Shown here one piece after another: positions 50,740 through 63,000 of a stretch of 64,000 nucleotides of DNA. This stretch comes from Candidatus Bathyarchaeota archaeon (lineage in GTDB: Archaea > Thermoproteota > Bathyarchaeia > Bathyarchaeales > Bathycorpusculaceae), in NCBI GenBank assembly GCA_963707955.1, contig OY970176.1, forward strand, positions 2,048,001 through 2,112,000, in the 5' to 3' direction. The position numbers and the translations under genes are program-made. Positions within the stretch are counted from its first letter, which is position 1. Every line of letters starts with the position of its first letter. The notes below the pieces were generated by a model. It saw only the letters and a list, made by a program, of their open reading frames with translations, was not told the origin of the DNA and did no database searches.

Positions 50740-51294
50740 ATGTCAGAGTACGAAGTTTTCATCGACGACAAGCCCAAAAAGGTAGAGGTGACAAAAACTG
50801 GCCAAAGCTCTTTTAGCATCAGAGTAGATGGCAAGGCTCGCAGCGTGGAGTTCGTGACCAGCGCACCGGACCTCGAAAAACCGTTCACTCTGAAGGTGGA
50901 TAACAAAAACTACCGCGTCGAATTGCCTAAAATAGATCGAGGGAAAGAATTCTCAGTGAAAGTTGAGGAAGCAACGTTCAAAGCCGAGGTTAAAGTACCT
51001 GCGAGAAAAGCATCTCTAACCGCATTTGAGCCGACTGCAGCAACGCCGACAAAGAGAACAGCCGCAAACAGACAGGCTGTTGAAGGTGGCATAACGGCGC
51101 CGATGACGGGTAAGATAGTCAAGGTTAAGGTCAAGAAGGGCGACGAAGTCAAGGCGGGCCAAGTGCTCTGCGTCATCGAAGCCATGAAAATGGAAAACGA
51201 AATAACCGCGCCCAAGGCCGGCGCCGTCAAAGAAGTCTACGTTTCTGATGGCTCCTCAGTGAGCGAGGGAGAGCCGCTTCTCATGATTGGCTAA
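50740..51294 (+). CDS. biotin carboxyl carrier protein
   Basis: EAMKMENEI motif. Confidence 0.92.
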   Translation: MSEYEVFIDDKPKKVEVTKTGQSSFSIRVDGKARSVEFVTSAPDLEKPFTLKVDNKNYRVELPKIDRGKEFSVKVEEATFKAEVKVPARKASLTAFEPTAATPTKRTAANRQAVEGGITAPMTGKIVKVKVKKGDEVKAGQVLCVIEAMKMENEITAPKAGAVKEVYVSDGSSVSEGEPLLMIG

Positions 51295-52982
51295 AAGATG
51301 GAAGGCGGTTTATACTCACCGAAAACTTCGCGCAGCGTGCCGCATATTTCGCCCAAAGTTGCATATTCCTTGACAGCCTCAAGCATGAAGGGCATCAGAC
51401 TCTCGTTTTCGCGTTCAGCTGCAATGCGCAACCTGTCTAGGGCCTCGCTAACCTTCAGCTGGTTTCTCTTATTTTTTATCTTCTTTAACCGTTCGACAAG
51501 AGTTTTTTCTACTGTCTGATCTACCTGTAAGGTCTTGATCGAAATCTCTTCTTCACCGATGAAGTCATTCACGCCGACAACAATTCTCTTCTTGGCCTCG
51601 ACTTCCTTCTGGAAGCGATAAGCACTCTCAGTGATCTCACGCTGCATGAAACCTTTCTCAATCGCAGCGACCGCGCCGCCCATTCTGTCAATTCTGTCAA
51701 TGTATTTTCGTGCCCTCTCTTCAATTTCATTCGTCATATACTCAATGTAGTACGAACCAGCCAATGGGTCAACAGTATCTACGACTCCGCTTTCGTAGGC
51801 GATTATTTGCTGGGTCCTCAAGGCAACCGTCACAGCATGCTCGCTAGGCAAAGCATAAGCTTCATCGAACGAGTTGGTGTGCAGAGACTGGGTTCCTCCC
51901 AGAACTGCTGACAAAGCCTGCAACGCCACGCGTACAACGTTGTTGTACGGTTGCTGAGCCGTGAGTGAAACTCCAGATGTCTGAGTGTGGAAACGAAGCA
52001 TCCATGAGTTGAGATTCTTGGCTTTGAATCGTTCTCGCATGATGTTCGCCCACAGCCGGCGTGCTGCCCTGAACTTGGCAACTTCTTCGAAGAAGTTGCT
52101 GTGGGCCGCGAAGAAGAAGGACAGCCTTCCAGCAAACTTGTCCACGTCCAAGCCTCGGTCGATGGCTGCTTGCACATAGGCAATCGCGTTTGCCAACGTG
52201 AAAGCAACTTCCTGAACAGCAGTAGAGCCGGCCTCGCGTATGTGATAGCCACTCACGCTTATCGTGTTCCACTGCGGCATGTTCTGGCTACAGTAAACGA
52301 AGATGTCTGTAATCATGCGCATGGATGGCTTCGGTGGAAATATGTACATGCCTCGGGCCACGTATTCCTTCAGAACATCGTTCTGAACCGTACCGCCAAG
52401 CAGCGATTGTTTAACACCCTGTTTATCGCCTACGGCGGCATACATTGCAAGCAGCACATTTGCAGGGGCGTTGATCGTCATTGAAGTTGTTACCTTGTCA
52501 AGCGGGATTCCGTTAAACAGGATTTCCATGTCTCTCAGTGTGCTCGCGCTGACTCCGACCTTTCCAACCTCGCCGAGCGCCATAGAATGGTCACAGTCGT
52601 ACCCAACCTGCGTTGGAAAGTCGAAAGCAACGCTCAAGCCAGTTTGTCCGTGTTCCAGCAAGTACCTGAAACGCTTGTTTGTCTGTTCAGCTGTACCAAA
52701 ACCCGCGTACTGCCGCATGGTCCAGAAGCGGGCACGGTACATCGTTGGGTAGACGCCACGCGTAAGCGGATACTCTCCTGGAAAACCTTGTTGGTTCATG
52801 TAATCCAATTCTGCCACGTCAATCGGAGTGTAGAGTCTCTTGACAGGGATGCCTGAGCTTGTTGACAACTCGCCTCTTTCTGGAAGCCTGTCGAAACTCT
52901 TCACGACGGTTTCCTTCTCCCAGTTCATCATTTGTTTTTGGATGTCATCCAGTTTCTTTTTGTTGAACATCATCGATGGCAC
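51291..52982 (-). CDS. methylmalonyl-CoA mutase, substrate-binding (large) subunit
   Basis: [35 protein letters not shown]; no B12-binding domain. Confidence 0.92.
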   Translation of the reverse strand: MPSMMFNKKKLDDIQKQMMNWEKETVVKSFDRLPERGELSTSSGIPVKRLYTPIDVAELDYMNQQGFPGEYPLTRGVYPTMYRARFWTMRQYAGFGTAEQTNKRFRYLLEHGQTGLSVAFDFPTQVGYDCDHSMALGEVGKVGVSASTLRDMEILFNGIPLDKVTTSMTINAPANVLLAMYAAVGDKQGVKQSLLGGTVQNDVLKEYVARGMYIFPPKPSMRMITDIFVYCSQNMPQWNTISVSGYHIREAGSTAVQEVAFTLANAIAYVQAAIDRGLDVDKFAGRLSFFFAAHSNFFEEVAKFRAARRLWANIMRERFKAKNLNSWMLRFHTQTSGVSLTAQQPYNNVVRVALQALSAVLGGTQSLHTNSFDEAYALPSEHAVTVALRTQQIIAYESGVVDTVDPLAGSYYIEYMTNEIEERARKYIDRIDRMGGAVAAIEKGFMQREITESAYRFQKEVEAKKRIVVGVNDFIGEEEISIKTLQVDQTVEKTLVERLKKIKNKRNQLKVSEALDRLRIAAERENESLMPFMLEAVKEYATLGEICGTLREVFGEYKPPSIF

Positions 52983-53301
52983 CTAGAAGCTAGACTACTC
53001 GGCGAACATAAAAGAATTGTTTAAATGAACGTTCTTGATTGATGAAGGAAGATCCTCGGCTAACGGTAAGTATCTTGAGATGTACCCTGCATCAGTTTTC
53101 AAAGTTCGGCCCCCCTCCCTTTTTTGGTAACGTCTGTGGTAATGTTGTGTGGTAACAAGCCTTGAAGAAGTAGACAGGTGTGTGGATCGATGCTAAGGTC
53201 TGCGTTCGCGCGCGCTCTGCGTTCAACGTAGGTTTTGAGAAGCCGTCCTTGTGTCTTGAATGTAGTCTTTTGCGTGTTGCTCCGTGCGAGGCGCAGACTG
53301 A

Positions 53302-53838
53302 AACGAATATAGGCGTCTAGTTCGGAAAGCTGGTATAAACACGGGTGGGAAGCAGGTACGTTTCCACTGCATGCGTAAGTTCCTCTGCGACCACCTCAGT
53401 AGTTTCATGTCCGAAAGTAAGTGGAAGCAGGTCGTTGGCAAGCAGATTTCCGAGGGCGCGTACGTCAGCCCGGACACTTTACGCGAAGACTACGCAAGAG
53501 CCATGGGAGAGACGACGTTTACGAAGAGGGCTAGCGATGACATCCAAAAAATCGCCAAGCTAGAGGCATTAAAGCTCTTCGCTAAGTCATCAGGTGGCTT
53601 TACTGAGGCGGACATAGCGCGGATAAAGATGAGAAAGCCAACAGCCACTGCTCAAGAAGAGATTGACGAGCTTGAGAAAATGCTCGCGAAGTCTAAAGAA
53701 GAAGATTGCCCAGACGGCGAGCACTGCGCAGAGTTCTCCCAGATACCTGAGGCACAGCTCTTAACGCACCTCAAAGATGGCTGGGAAATAGTCAAAGAAC
53801 TCAGCGACGGGCAAATCATCGTCAAGCGCGTCTCGTGA
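53302..53838 (+). pseudogene. C-terminal remnant of a tyrosine integrase
   Basis: RRLVRKAGI...RFHCMRKF (HxxR)...VGKQISEGAY (catalytic Tyr); upstream in-frame stop and no N-terminal part. Confidence 0.7.
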
Positions 53839-54098
53839 CCTCCCCCCTAGTATTTTCTCCGAGCTTCAAGAAGTCTCCCTGCCGAAGTTTAAACGTCCGC
53901 AGACAGAGCGCTAATACTATAACATTAGCCGTCGGATTCTCCGTATGAACAACTGCCTGGGACATAAGACCCGCGCGCGAGGAGTATGGCAACAGTGCAG
54001 GGAATCTTTCAGGTTCCTGCGTTAGCTCGAACAGAGCTTTCCTCTATAACATTGTGTAGCAAAACTTAAAGCGCGCGCGGGTGGCTCTTTGAGCATAC

Positions 54099-55115
54099 GT
54101 GTACAGTTACAAGAGGGAGAGCAAATTGGTCAAGTACGTGGCTGTGTTATTGATTGTTTTGATCACCGTGTCTTTTCTTCCTTCAATCGGATTTGTTCAA
54201 CCAGCTCATGCATTCTCATCTGTAGTGACTGTTACTGCAAATCCTCTTTGGACAGACACTGAACTTAGTGTGGAGATTGGTCAAAAAGTAGCGATCAACG
54301 CCTCAGGATCTTGGGATTGGGGGGCAGGAGTAGTTGGTCCTGACGGCACAATCGGTACGGCTGGAGGTTCAGATTATTTCCTATATGATGCAAACCATGG
54401 AGAGCTAATAGCATTCGTTGGATCAGATCCATACCAAGGGCATTGGGGGGACGGCAGCTTTTTCCCACAGCACACTGGATACTGGAATGTAGGCAGCAGT
54501 GGCCAATTCATAAGCAATAAGACCGGCGAACTCTGGCTTGGCTGCAATGACGCCGCTGTGACTAAGATCTCAGGTGACAACAGCGGCACAGTCACCGCAT
54601 CGATAACTATTACATCGGGGCCCGTTGAAGTTTCAATCACGCCATCCAACGCAACAACGAGCATCGGGGGAGTGGCAACCTATGAGATCGGGATACAAAA
54701 CTATGAGAATATCTCAGATACGTTTGCCATAAACATCCAAGGGGTTGACCCGTTATGGTGCTCATTGAGCCAACAAAATATGTCCCTTGCTGCCTACGGC
54801 GTTGCGAATGTAACACTTGACTTGGTGCCTGCTGAAGATCCTGCCTATGCTGGAACTTACTGGTTCAACGTCACCGTTTCTGGTACTTGGGGTCAAGGAA
54901 TGGCTACTGCAAACCTTGTTGTGACCAAAGCCCCATTAATGTACGGTTTGGCACCAGATGATAATTCTACTGTCGGATCGACAAACATTCTACATAGACG
55001 AAGTGATCAAACCGGCAGAAACCCGACCCAAACTCATCAGTGCCCTCGAAAGTCTGGCCACCAAACGCGAAGCCAGACCATCACGAAAGCATTCAAACTT
55101 ACCATTATAGATTAA
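54099..55115 (+). pseudogene. truncated/chimeric copy of the surface protein gene, created by the duplication junction
   Basis: Identical to 60083 onward up to 54992, then reads into carboxyltransferase 3' DNA out of frame. Confidence 0.8.
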
Positions 55116-55176
55116 TACATCTTCAACTCATTTTTTCACGTTCCTAGTTCCTAGCAGACTGAAGAGGTAGCCTACG

Positions 55177-56721
55177 TTGGTTCCGAAACCAGTGAAAATC
55201 ACTGATACGACCTTCCGGGATGCGCATCAGAGCCTGATCGCAACGAGAATGCGAACGGAAACGATGCTGCCTATAGCTGAGAAAATGGACCAGGTTGGCT
55301 TTTTCTCGCTTGAAGCGTGGGGCGGAGCCACTTTTGACGTCAGTATCCGGTACCTTTCTGAGGACCCGTGGGAGCGGATCCGTCAGCTGAAACGTCATGT
55401 CAAAAGGACACCCCTTCAAATGCTTCTTCGGGGACAAAACATTGTTGGCTACCGGAACTATCCCGATGATGTTGTCATAAAATTCGTAGAGAAAGCAGCG
55501 GAGAACGGCATAGACATTTTCCGTGTGTTCGACGCGTTAAACGACATAAGAAACATGGAAGTCGCCATCAAGACAGTCAAGAAGGTGGGTGGACACGCTC
55601 AAGGCACCATCAGCTACACCATCAGCCCGTTCCACACGATTGAATACTTCGTGGAGGTTGCCAAGAAACTTGCCGAATTAAACTGCGATTCGATATGCAT
55701 CAAGGACATGGCCGGAATGCTCGCTCCCAAACCGGCCTACGACCTCATTTCTGCCCTGAAAAAAGAAGTGGGCCTACCAATCCACCTGCACAGTCACAGC
55801 ACAAGCGGCATGGTCATGATGACCTACTTTCACGCTTGCGAAGCAGGCGTGGACATCTTGGACACGGCGTTCTCCCCGTTGGCGTGGGGCACATCACAAC
55901 CGCCTGTGGAATCAGTCGTCGCTGCCCTGAAAGGGACCCCTTATGACACGGGCCTAGACAGCGAGTTGCTTAACGATATCGCACAGTACTTCCGTGAACT
56001 GCGCGAGAAGTACTACGACCCTTTGAAACTGATAGACCCAAAGGCTGAAAGAGTTGACGCCTCAATCATTGTGCACCAAATTCCGGGTGGAATGTTCTCA
56101 AACCTGCTTGAACAGCTGCGAGAACAGAAAGCATCGGACAGGTTGAATGAAGTGCTCGCAGAAGTGCCGAAAGTGAGAAAGGAGCTGGGCTATCCGCCTC
56201 TCGTCACGCCGACCAGTCAACTCGTTGGGATACAAGCGGTCTTGAACGTTATCTCGGGTAAGAGATACAGCATCGTTCCTAAAGAGATAAAAGATTACGT
56301 GAAAGGCTTGTACGGCAAGCCTCCAGCGCCTATCGACGAGAAGGTAAAGAAGAGAATTATCGGTGATGAAAGAACCATCACATGCCGTCCTGCCGACCTC
56401 CTTGAGCCAGCCCTTGGCAAGATCCCGGAAGATGTAATGCCTTTCATTGAATCTGAAGAAGACAAGATAACCTACGTGTTGTTCCCACAGCCCGCTCTAG
56501 AATTCTTCAAGAAAAGAAAAGCAAGACGCGAAGAAGCCAAGCCTGGAATACGACCAGAAAGGCTAGCGGAGCTTGAGGAAGTGGCTGCTCTTTCAGTGGC
56601 GGCTGTAAACCATCTGCAAAGATCGTCAGGAACGAAAGCACTCACGGTGCAGAGAGCCAAAAACACGCACTCATACTGGGTGTTAGTTGCTCGCCAAAAC
56701 CAAGCAGAGCACGGTGCATAA
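55177..56721 (+). CDS. pyruvate/oxaloacetate carboxyltransferase (duplicate)
   Basis: Identical translation to 49193-50737. Confidence 0.85.
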   Translation: MVPKPVKITDTTFRDAHQSLIATRMRTETMLPIAEKMDQVGFFSLEAWGGATFDVSIRYLSEDPWERIRQLKRHVKRTPLQMLLRGQNIVGYRNYPDDVVIKFVEKAAENGIDIFRVFDALNDIRNMEVAIKTVKKVGGHAQGTISYTISPFHTIEYFVEVAKKLAELNCDSICIKDMAGMLAPKPAYDLISALKKEVGLPIHLHSHSTSGMVMMTYFHACEAGVDILDTAFSPLAWGTSQPPVESVVAALKGTPYDTGLDSELLNDIAQYFRELREKYYDPLKLIDPKAERVDASIIVHQIPGGMFSNLLEQLREQKASDRLNEVLAEVPKVRKELGYPPLVTPTSQLVGIQAVLNVISGKRYSIVPKEIKDYVKGLYGKPPAPIDEKVKKRIIGDERTITCRPADLLEPALGKIPEDVMPFIESEEDKITYVLFPQPALEFFKKRKARREEAKPGIRPERLAELEEVAALSVAAVNHLQRSSGTKALTVQRAKNTHSYWVLVARQNQAEHGA

Positions 56722-56723
56722 CG

Positions 56724-57278
56724 ATGTCAGAGTACGAAGTTTTCATCGACGACAAGCCCAAAAAGGTAGAGGTGACAAAAACTGGCCAAAGCTCTTTTAG
56801 CATCAGAGTAGATGGCAAGGCTCGCAGCGTGGAGTTCGTGACCAGCGCACCGGACCTCGAAAAACCGTTCACTCTGAAGGTGGATAACAAAAACTACCGC
56901 GTCGAATTGCCTAAAATAGATCGAGGGAAAGAATTCTCAGTGAAAGTTGAGGAAGCAACGTTCAAAGCCGAGGTTAAAGTACCTGCGAGAAAAGCATCTC
57001 TAACCGCATTTGAGCCGACTGCAGCAACGCCGACAAAGAGAACAGCCGCAAACAGACAGGCTGTTGAAGGTGGCATAACGGCGCCGATGACGGGTAAGAT
57101 AGTCAAGGTTAAGGTCAAGAAGGGCGACGAAGTCAAGGCGGGCCAAGTGCTCTGCGTCATCGAAGCCATGAAAATGGAAAACGAAATAACCGCGCCCAAG
57201 GCCGGCGCCGTCAAAGAAGTCTACGTTTCTGATGGCTCCTCAGTGAGCGAGGGAGAGCCGCTTCTCATGATTGGCTAA
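56724..57278 (+). CDS. biotin carboxyl carrier protein (duplicate)
   Basis: Identical translation to 50740-51294. Confidence 0.85.
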   Translation: MSEYEVFIDDKPKKVEVTKTGQSSFSIRVDGKARSVEFVTSAPDLEKPFTLKVDNKNYRVELPKIDRGKEFSVKVEEATFKAEVKVPARKASLTAFEPTAATPTKRTAANRQAVEGGITAPMTGKIVKVKVKKGDEVKAGQVLCVIEAMKMENEITAPKAGAVKEVYVSDGSSVSEGEPLLMIG

Positions 57279-58966
57279 AAGATGGAAGGCGGTTTATACT
57301 CACCGAAAACTTCGCGCAGCGTGCCGCATATTTCGCCCAAAGTTGCATATTCCTTGACAGCCTCAAGCATGAAGGGCATCAGACTCTCGTTTTCGCGTTC
57401 AGCTGCAATGCGCAACCTGTCTAGGGCCTCGCTAACCTTCAGCTGGTTTCTCTTATTTTTTATCTTCTTTAACCGTTCGACAAGAGTTTTTTCTACTGTC
57501 TGATCTACCTGTAAGGTCTTGATCGAAATCTCTTCTTCACCGATGAAGTCATTCACGCCGACAACAATTCTCTTCTTGGCCTCGACTTCCTTCTGGAAGC
57601 GATAAGCACTCTCAGTGATCTCACGCTGCATGAAACCTTTCTCAATCGCAGCGACCGCGCCGCCCATTCTGTCAATTCTGTCAATGTATTTTCGTGCCCT
57701 CTCTTCAATTTCATTCGTCATATACTCAATGTAGTACGAACCAGCCAATGGGTCAACAGTATCTACGACTCCGCTTTCGTAGGCGATTATTTGCTGGGTC
57801 CTCAAGGCAACCGTCACAGCATGCTCGCTAGGCAAAGCATAAGCTTCATCGAACGAGTTGGTGTGCAGAGACTGGGTTCCTCCCAGAACTGCTGACAAAG
57901 CCTGCAACGCCACGCGTACAACGTTGTTGTACGGTTGCTGAGCCGTGAGTGAAACTCCAGATGTCTGAGTGTGGAAACGAAGCATCCATGAGTTGAGATT
58001 CTTGGCTTTGAATCGTTCTCGCATGATGTTCGCCCACAGCCGGCGTGCTGCCCTGAACTTGGCAACTTCTTCGAAGAAGTTGCTGTGGGCCGCGAAGAAG
58101 AAGGACAGCCTTCCAGCAAACTTGTCCACGTCCAAGCCTCGGTCGATGGCTGCTTGCACATAGGCAATCGCGTTTGCCAACGTGAAAGCAACTTCCTGAA
58201 CAGCAGTAGAGCCGGCCTCGCGTATGTGATAGCCACTCACGCTTATCGTGTTCCACTGCGGCATGTTCTGGCTACAGTAAACGAAGATGTCTGTAATCAT
58301 GCGCATGGATGGCTTCGGTGGAAATATGTACATGCCTCGGGCCACGTATTCCTTCAGAACATCGTTCTGAACCGTACCGCCAAGCAGCGATTGTTTAACA
58401 CCCTGTTTATCGCCTACGGCGGCATACATTGCAAGCAGCACATTTGCAGGGGCGTTGATCGTCATTGAAGTTGTTACCTTGTCAAGCGGGATTCCGTTAA
58501 ACAGGATTTCCATGTCTCTCAGTGTGCTCGCGCTGACTCCGACCTTTCCAACCTCGCCGAGCGCCATAGAATGGTCACAGTCGTACCCAACCTGCGTTGG
58601 AAAGTCGAAAGCAACGCTCAAGCCAGTTTGTCCGTGTTCCAGCAAGTACCTGAAACGCTTGTTTGTCTGTTCAGCTGTACCAAAACCCGCGTACTGCCGC
58701 ATGGTCCAGAAGCGGGCACGGTACATCGTTGGGTAGACGCCACGCGTAAGCGGATACTCTCCTGGAAAACCTTGTTGGTTCATGTAATCCAATTCTGCCA
58801 CGTCAATCGGAGTGTAGAGTCTCTTGACAGGGATGCCTGAGCTTGTTGACAACTCGCCTCTTTCTGGAAGCCTGTCGAAACTCTTCACGACGGTTTCCTT
58901 CTCCCAGTTCATCATTTGTTTTTGGATGTCATCCAGTTTCTTTTTGTTGAACATCATCGATGGCAC
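57275..58966 (-). CDS. methylmalonyl-CoA mutase large subunit (duplicate)
   Basis: Identical translation to 51291-52982. Confidence 0.85.
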   Translation of the reverse strand: MPSMMFNKKKLDDIQKQMMNWEKETVVKSFDRLPERGELSTSSGIPVKRLYTPIDVAELDYMNQQGFPGEYPLTRGVYPTMYRARFWTMRQYAGFGTAEQTNKRFRYLLEHGQTGLSVAFDFPTQVGYDCDHSMALGEVGKVGVSASTLRDMEILFNGIPLDKVTTSMTINAPANVLLAMYAAVGDKQGVKQSLLGGTVQNDVLKEYVARGMYIFPPKPSMRMITDIFVYCSQNMPQWNTISVSGYHIREAGSTAVQEVAFTLANAIAYVQAAIDRGLDVDKFAGRLSFFFAAHSNFFEEVAKFRAARRLWANIMRERFKAKNLNSWMLRFHTQTSGVSLTAQQPYNNVVRVALQALSAVLGGTQSLHTNSFDEAYALPSEHAVTVALRTQQIIAYESGVVDTVDPLAGSYYIEYMTNEIEERARKYIDRIDRMGGAVAAIEKGFMQREITESAYRFQKEVEAKKRIVVGVNDFIGEEEISIKTLQVDQTVEKTLVERLKKIKNKRNQLKVSEALDRLRIAAERENESLMPFMLEAVKEYATLGEICGTLREVFGEYKPPSIF

Positions 58967-59285
58967 CTAGAAGCTAGACTACTCGGCGAACATAAAAGAA
59001 TTGTTTAAATGAACGTTCTTGATTGATGAAGGAAGATCCTCGGCTAACGGTAAGTATCTTGAGATGTACCCTGCATCAGTTTTCAAAGTTCGGCCCCCCT
59101 CCCTTTTTTGGTAACGTCTGTGGTAATGTTGTGTGGTAACAAGCCTTGAAGAAGTAGACAGGTGTGTGGATCGATGCTAAGGTCTGCGTTCGCGCGCGCT
59201 CTGCGTTCAACGTAGGTTTTGAGAAGCCGTCCTTGTGTCTTGAATGTAGTCTTTTGCGTGTTGCTCCGTGCGAGGCGCAGACTGA

Positions 59286-59822
59286 AACGAATATAGGCGT
59301 CTAGTTCGGAAAGCTGGTATAAACACGGGTGGGAAGCAGGTACGTTTCCACTGCATGCGTAAGTTCCTCTGCGACCACCTCAGTAGTTTCATGTCCGAAA
59401 GTAAGTGGAAGCAGGTCGTTGGCAAGCAGATTTCCGAGGGCGCGTACGTCAGCCCGGACACTTTACGCGAAGACTACGCAAGAGCCATGGGAGAGACGAC
59501 GTTTACGAAGAGGGCTAGCGATGACATCCAAAAAATCGCCAAGCTAGAGGCATTAAAGCTCTTCGCTAAGTCATCAGGTGGCTTTACTGAGGCGGACATA
59601 GCGCGGATAAAGATGAGAAAGCCAACAGCCACTGCTCAAGAAGAGATTGACGAGCTTGAGAAAATGCTCGCGAAGTCTAAAGAAGAAGATTGCCCAGACG
59701 GCGAGCACTGCGCAGAGTTCTCCCAGATACCTGAGGCACAGCTCTTAACGCACCTCAAAGATGGCTGGGAAATAGTCAAAGAACTCAGCGACGGGCAAAT
59801 CATCGTCAAGCGCGTCTCGTGA
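59286..59822 (+). pseudogene. tyrosine integrase remnant (duplicate)
   Basis: Copy of 53302-53838. Confidence 0.65.
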
Positions 59823-60082
59823 CCTCCCCCCTAGTATTTTCTCCGAGCTTCAAGAAGTCTCCCTGCCGAAGTTTAAACGTCCGCAGACAGAGCGCTAATA
59901 CTATAACATTAGCCGTCGGATTCTCCGTATGAACAACTGCCTGGGACATAAGACCCGCGCGCGAGGAGTATGGCAACAGTGCAGGGAATCTTTCAGGTTC
60001 CTGCGTTAGCTCGAACAGAGCTTTCCTCTATAACATTGTGTAGCAAAACTTAAAGCGCGCGCGGGTGGCTCTTTGAGCATAC

Positions 60083-63000
60083 GTGTACAGTTACAAGAGG
60101 GAGAGCAAATTGGTCAAGTACGTGGCTGTGTTATTGATTGTTTTGATCACCGTGTCTTTTCTTCCTTCAATCGGATTTGTTCAACCAGCTCATGCATTCT
60201 CATCTGTAGTGACTGTTACTGCAAATCCTCTTTGGACAGACACTGAACTTAGTGTGGAGATTGGTCAAAAAGTAGCGATCAACGCCTCAGGATCTTGGGA
60301 TTGGGGGGCAGGAGTAGTTGGTCCTGACGGCACAATCGGTACGGCTGGAGGTTCAGATTATTTCCTATATGATGCAAACCATGGAGAGCTAATAGCATTC
60401 GTTGGATCAGATCCATACCAAGGGCATTGGGGGGACGGCAGCTTTTTCCCACAGCACACTGGATACTGGAATGTAGGCAGCAGTGGCCAATTCATAAGCA
60501 ATAAGACCGGCGAACTCTGGCTTGGCTGCAATGACGCCGCTGTGACTAAGATCTCAGGTGACAACAGCGGCACAGTCACCGCATCGATAACTATTACATC
60601 GGGGCCCGTTGAAGTTTCAATCACGCCATCCAACGCAACAACGAGCATCGGGGGAGTGGCAACCTATGAGATCGGGATACAAAACTATGAGAATATCTCA
60701 GATACGTTTGCCATAAACATCCAAGGGGTTGACCCGTTATGGTGCTCATTGAGCCAACAAAATATGTCCCTTGCTGCCTACGGCGTTGCGAATGTAACAC
60801 TTGACTTGGTGCCTGCTGAAGATCCTGCCTATGCTGGAACTTACTGGTTCAACGTCACCGTTTCTGGTACTTGGGGTCAAGGAATGGCTACTGCAAACCT
60901 TGTTGTGACCAAAGCCCCATTAATGTACGGTTTGGCACCAGATGATAATTCTACTGTCGGATCGACAAACATTCTATTCTCTTGGGAGACATCTTCAAAC
61001 GCCAGCTCTGAAGTCTACATCAAACAGACAGGCGATTTGACTTTTAACCACATTCTTGACACTGCAGGAGAGAACCATTATGTATATGCGACCAACCTAA
61101 CCAGGAACGCAGACTACGTGTGGTATGCTTATAGCGAGACGGCTTATGGAAATGTCAGCAGTAACATGAGGGCTCTGCATGTTAGCAACGGCGTAAGCTT
61201 CACTCAGAGAAACTATACGTTTAATGTCCAACGAGACTATGCACAGAACGAGTCGATTTCTGTCGTGAACACAGATGTGGTGCCACATGACTTGCTTCTT
61301 GAAGCGACCAATCCGTACGACGACCTTATCGTGGGCTTCGTAGGTCCAGGCTCCGTCGATGAGAATGTCACTCTTCAGCCTGGAGAGACAAAACCATTAG
61401 ACTTTGAAGTTTTTGCGCAAGATGCAATGCAGCAGAGCTACACGTTTACAGTGAACCTGACAAACCTTGGACCTGAGCAAATAACTGACTACGCATTGGT
61501 CAATGTCAACGTGAGACAACCCAACCTAAATTTGACACTGACCGAAGATTCAACAGATCCCGTAACGTTGACGAAGACTATAACTGCAACCAATTATGGA
61601 GATCCAATAACCGACTTGTCCGTTAGCAGCAGCGACGGTCTAGTTGGTGAAGTCTCTTTTGAGCCAACAGTTTATCATGACGATCTTCCAACAGGAGGAT
61701 CTTTGACGTTCCAAGTTGTGCCCGTCCTCACAACCGATTTCACGGGCATTGAAGGTAACATAACAGCAACTGGTGCAGGACAAGTCATTGCGACTTTGCA
61801 GGTCAATTTCACCTTGCCCCCAGGCAAAAGCGTATACTCGGCCACCATACCTCAGGTAAGCATAGAATTCGACAACTACTACGACACAGACGATTCGCCG
61901 AATACTAATCCTCTGCTAGGTCAGCCGGTTGAATCGTACCTCGCAAATGGAACATTAATTTTTGCAAGCCAGATAATAGTAGACGTATTCCAAAATAATA
62001 CCCCGGCATCTGGCGCGAACGTTTCGCTCACTGTGTGGGATTCGACAGGCGCCGTCGCATCTCTTGAATACACTGTGACTGATTTTACTGGGAAAGCCTT
62101 GTTCAACGTCGTTGGTCCAGCAGGCAACTATTCCTATCAGGCTGAACTCGTTGACTATGGCTTAAAAACCGAGACGAGAAGCTTCTCAGTTAGCACGAGC
62201 CCCCTTTATGAGATTCGCTCCAACGGCATTACGTGGCTTGACGTGTCCGACGAGAGTTCAACGTACAATTTGACAGAAAATATGGGCACAGTCACACTCA
62301 CTGAAGCACCATTCACGTTCAGGGCGACGACGGCTACTACAGGAGAGAATGCTACTTTCGCCCTCGTGCTAAGATGGGACCTTGATGTGTTCAAGGATGT
62401 GTATATTCTGGGATCGATTCAAAACGACACACTCACTTTTCAAACAGACGGCATCCCTGCTGGAAACTTCACAGCCATAGTGTTCTACTATTCTCCAGCC
62501 ACGGGACTATCAGTTTCCCCAGCCATCAACGTAACAAACGCAGATTCAACGAGCATGTACATTCAGGGAAACTACACGTACTACACGCCATTTCCATTCA
62601 ACTCTACATATTTCATAAGGCTGGTTACCGAACGTTCGGTTTCATCCAGAGATCCTGCTGTAGCCTTTGACCTCGTCAACATAGAACCTGCTGATGCCAC
62701 GGGCTCACTTTACCAACTCGAGTACGTAATAGTGTCAAACGAGACGGTTCAGAAAGATTTTCAATTCTGCGTGAACACGACAGAAGGAGAATTGTACAAC
62801 ACGACTTTCCATTTGAATCTTGAACCTGCAACGCCTGTTGAAGTCAATTTCACGGTTCCTGTGGAGCTATCGAACGGGACGCTACAGGGAGAATTTGATG
62901 CGACCCTTTCAACAGACTCAGCTTCAGTCACGACCATGACCACGCCTCAATTGAGCTACATTTATGACTCAAGAATTTGGGTTGGTTCGGACAAGGGTAT

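Larger units (their letters stand above)
49006..60976 (+). repeat. tandem duplication, period 5984 bp (49006-54992 / 54990-60976)
   Basis: Identical ORF set offset by 5984; 3-bp CTA microhomology at the junction. Confidence 0.95.
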
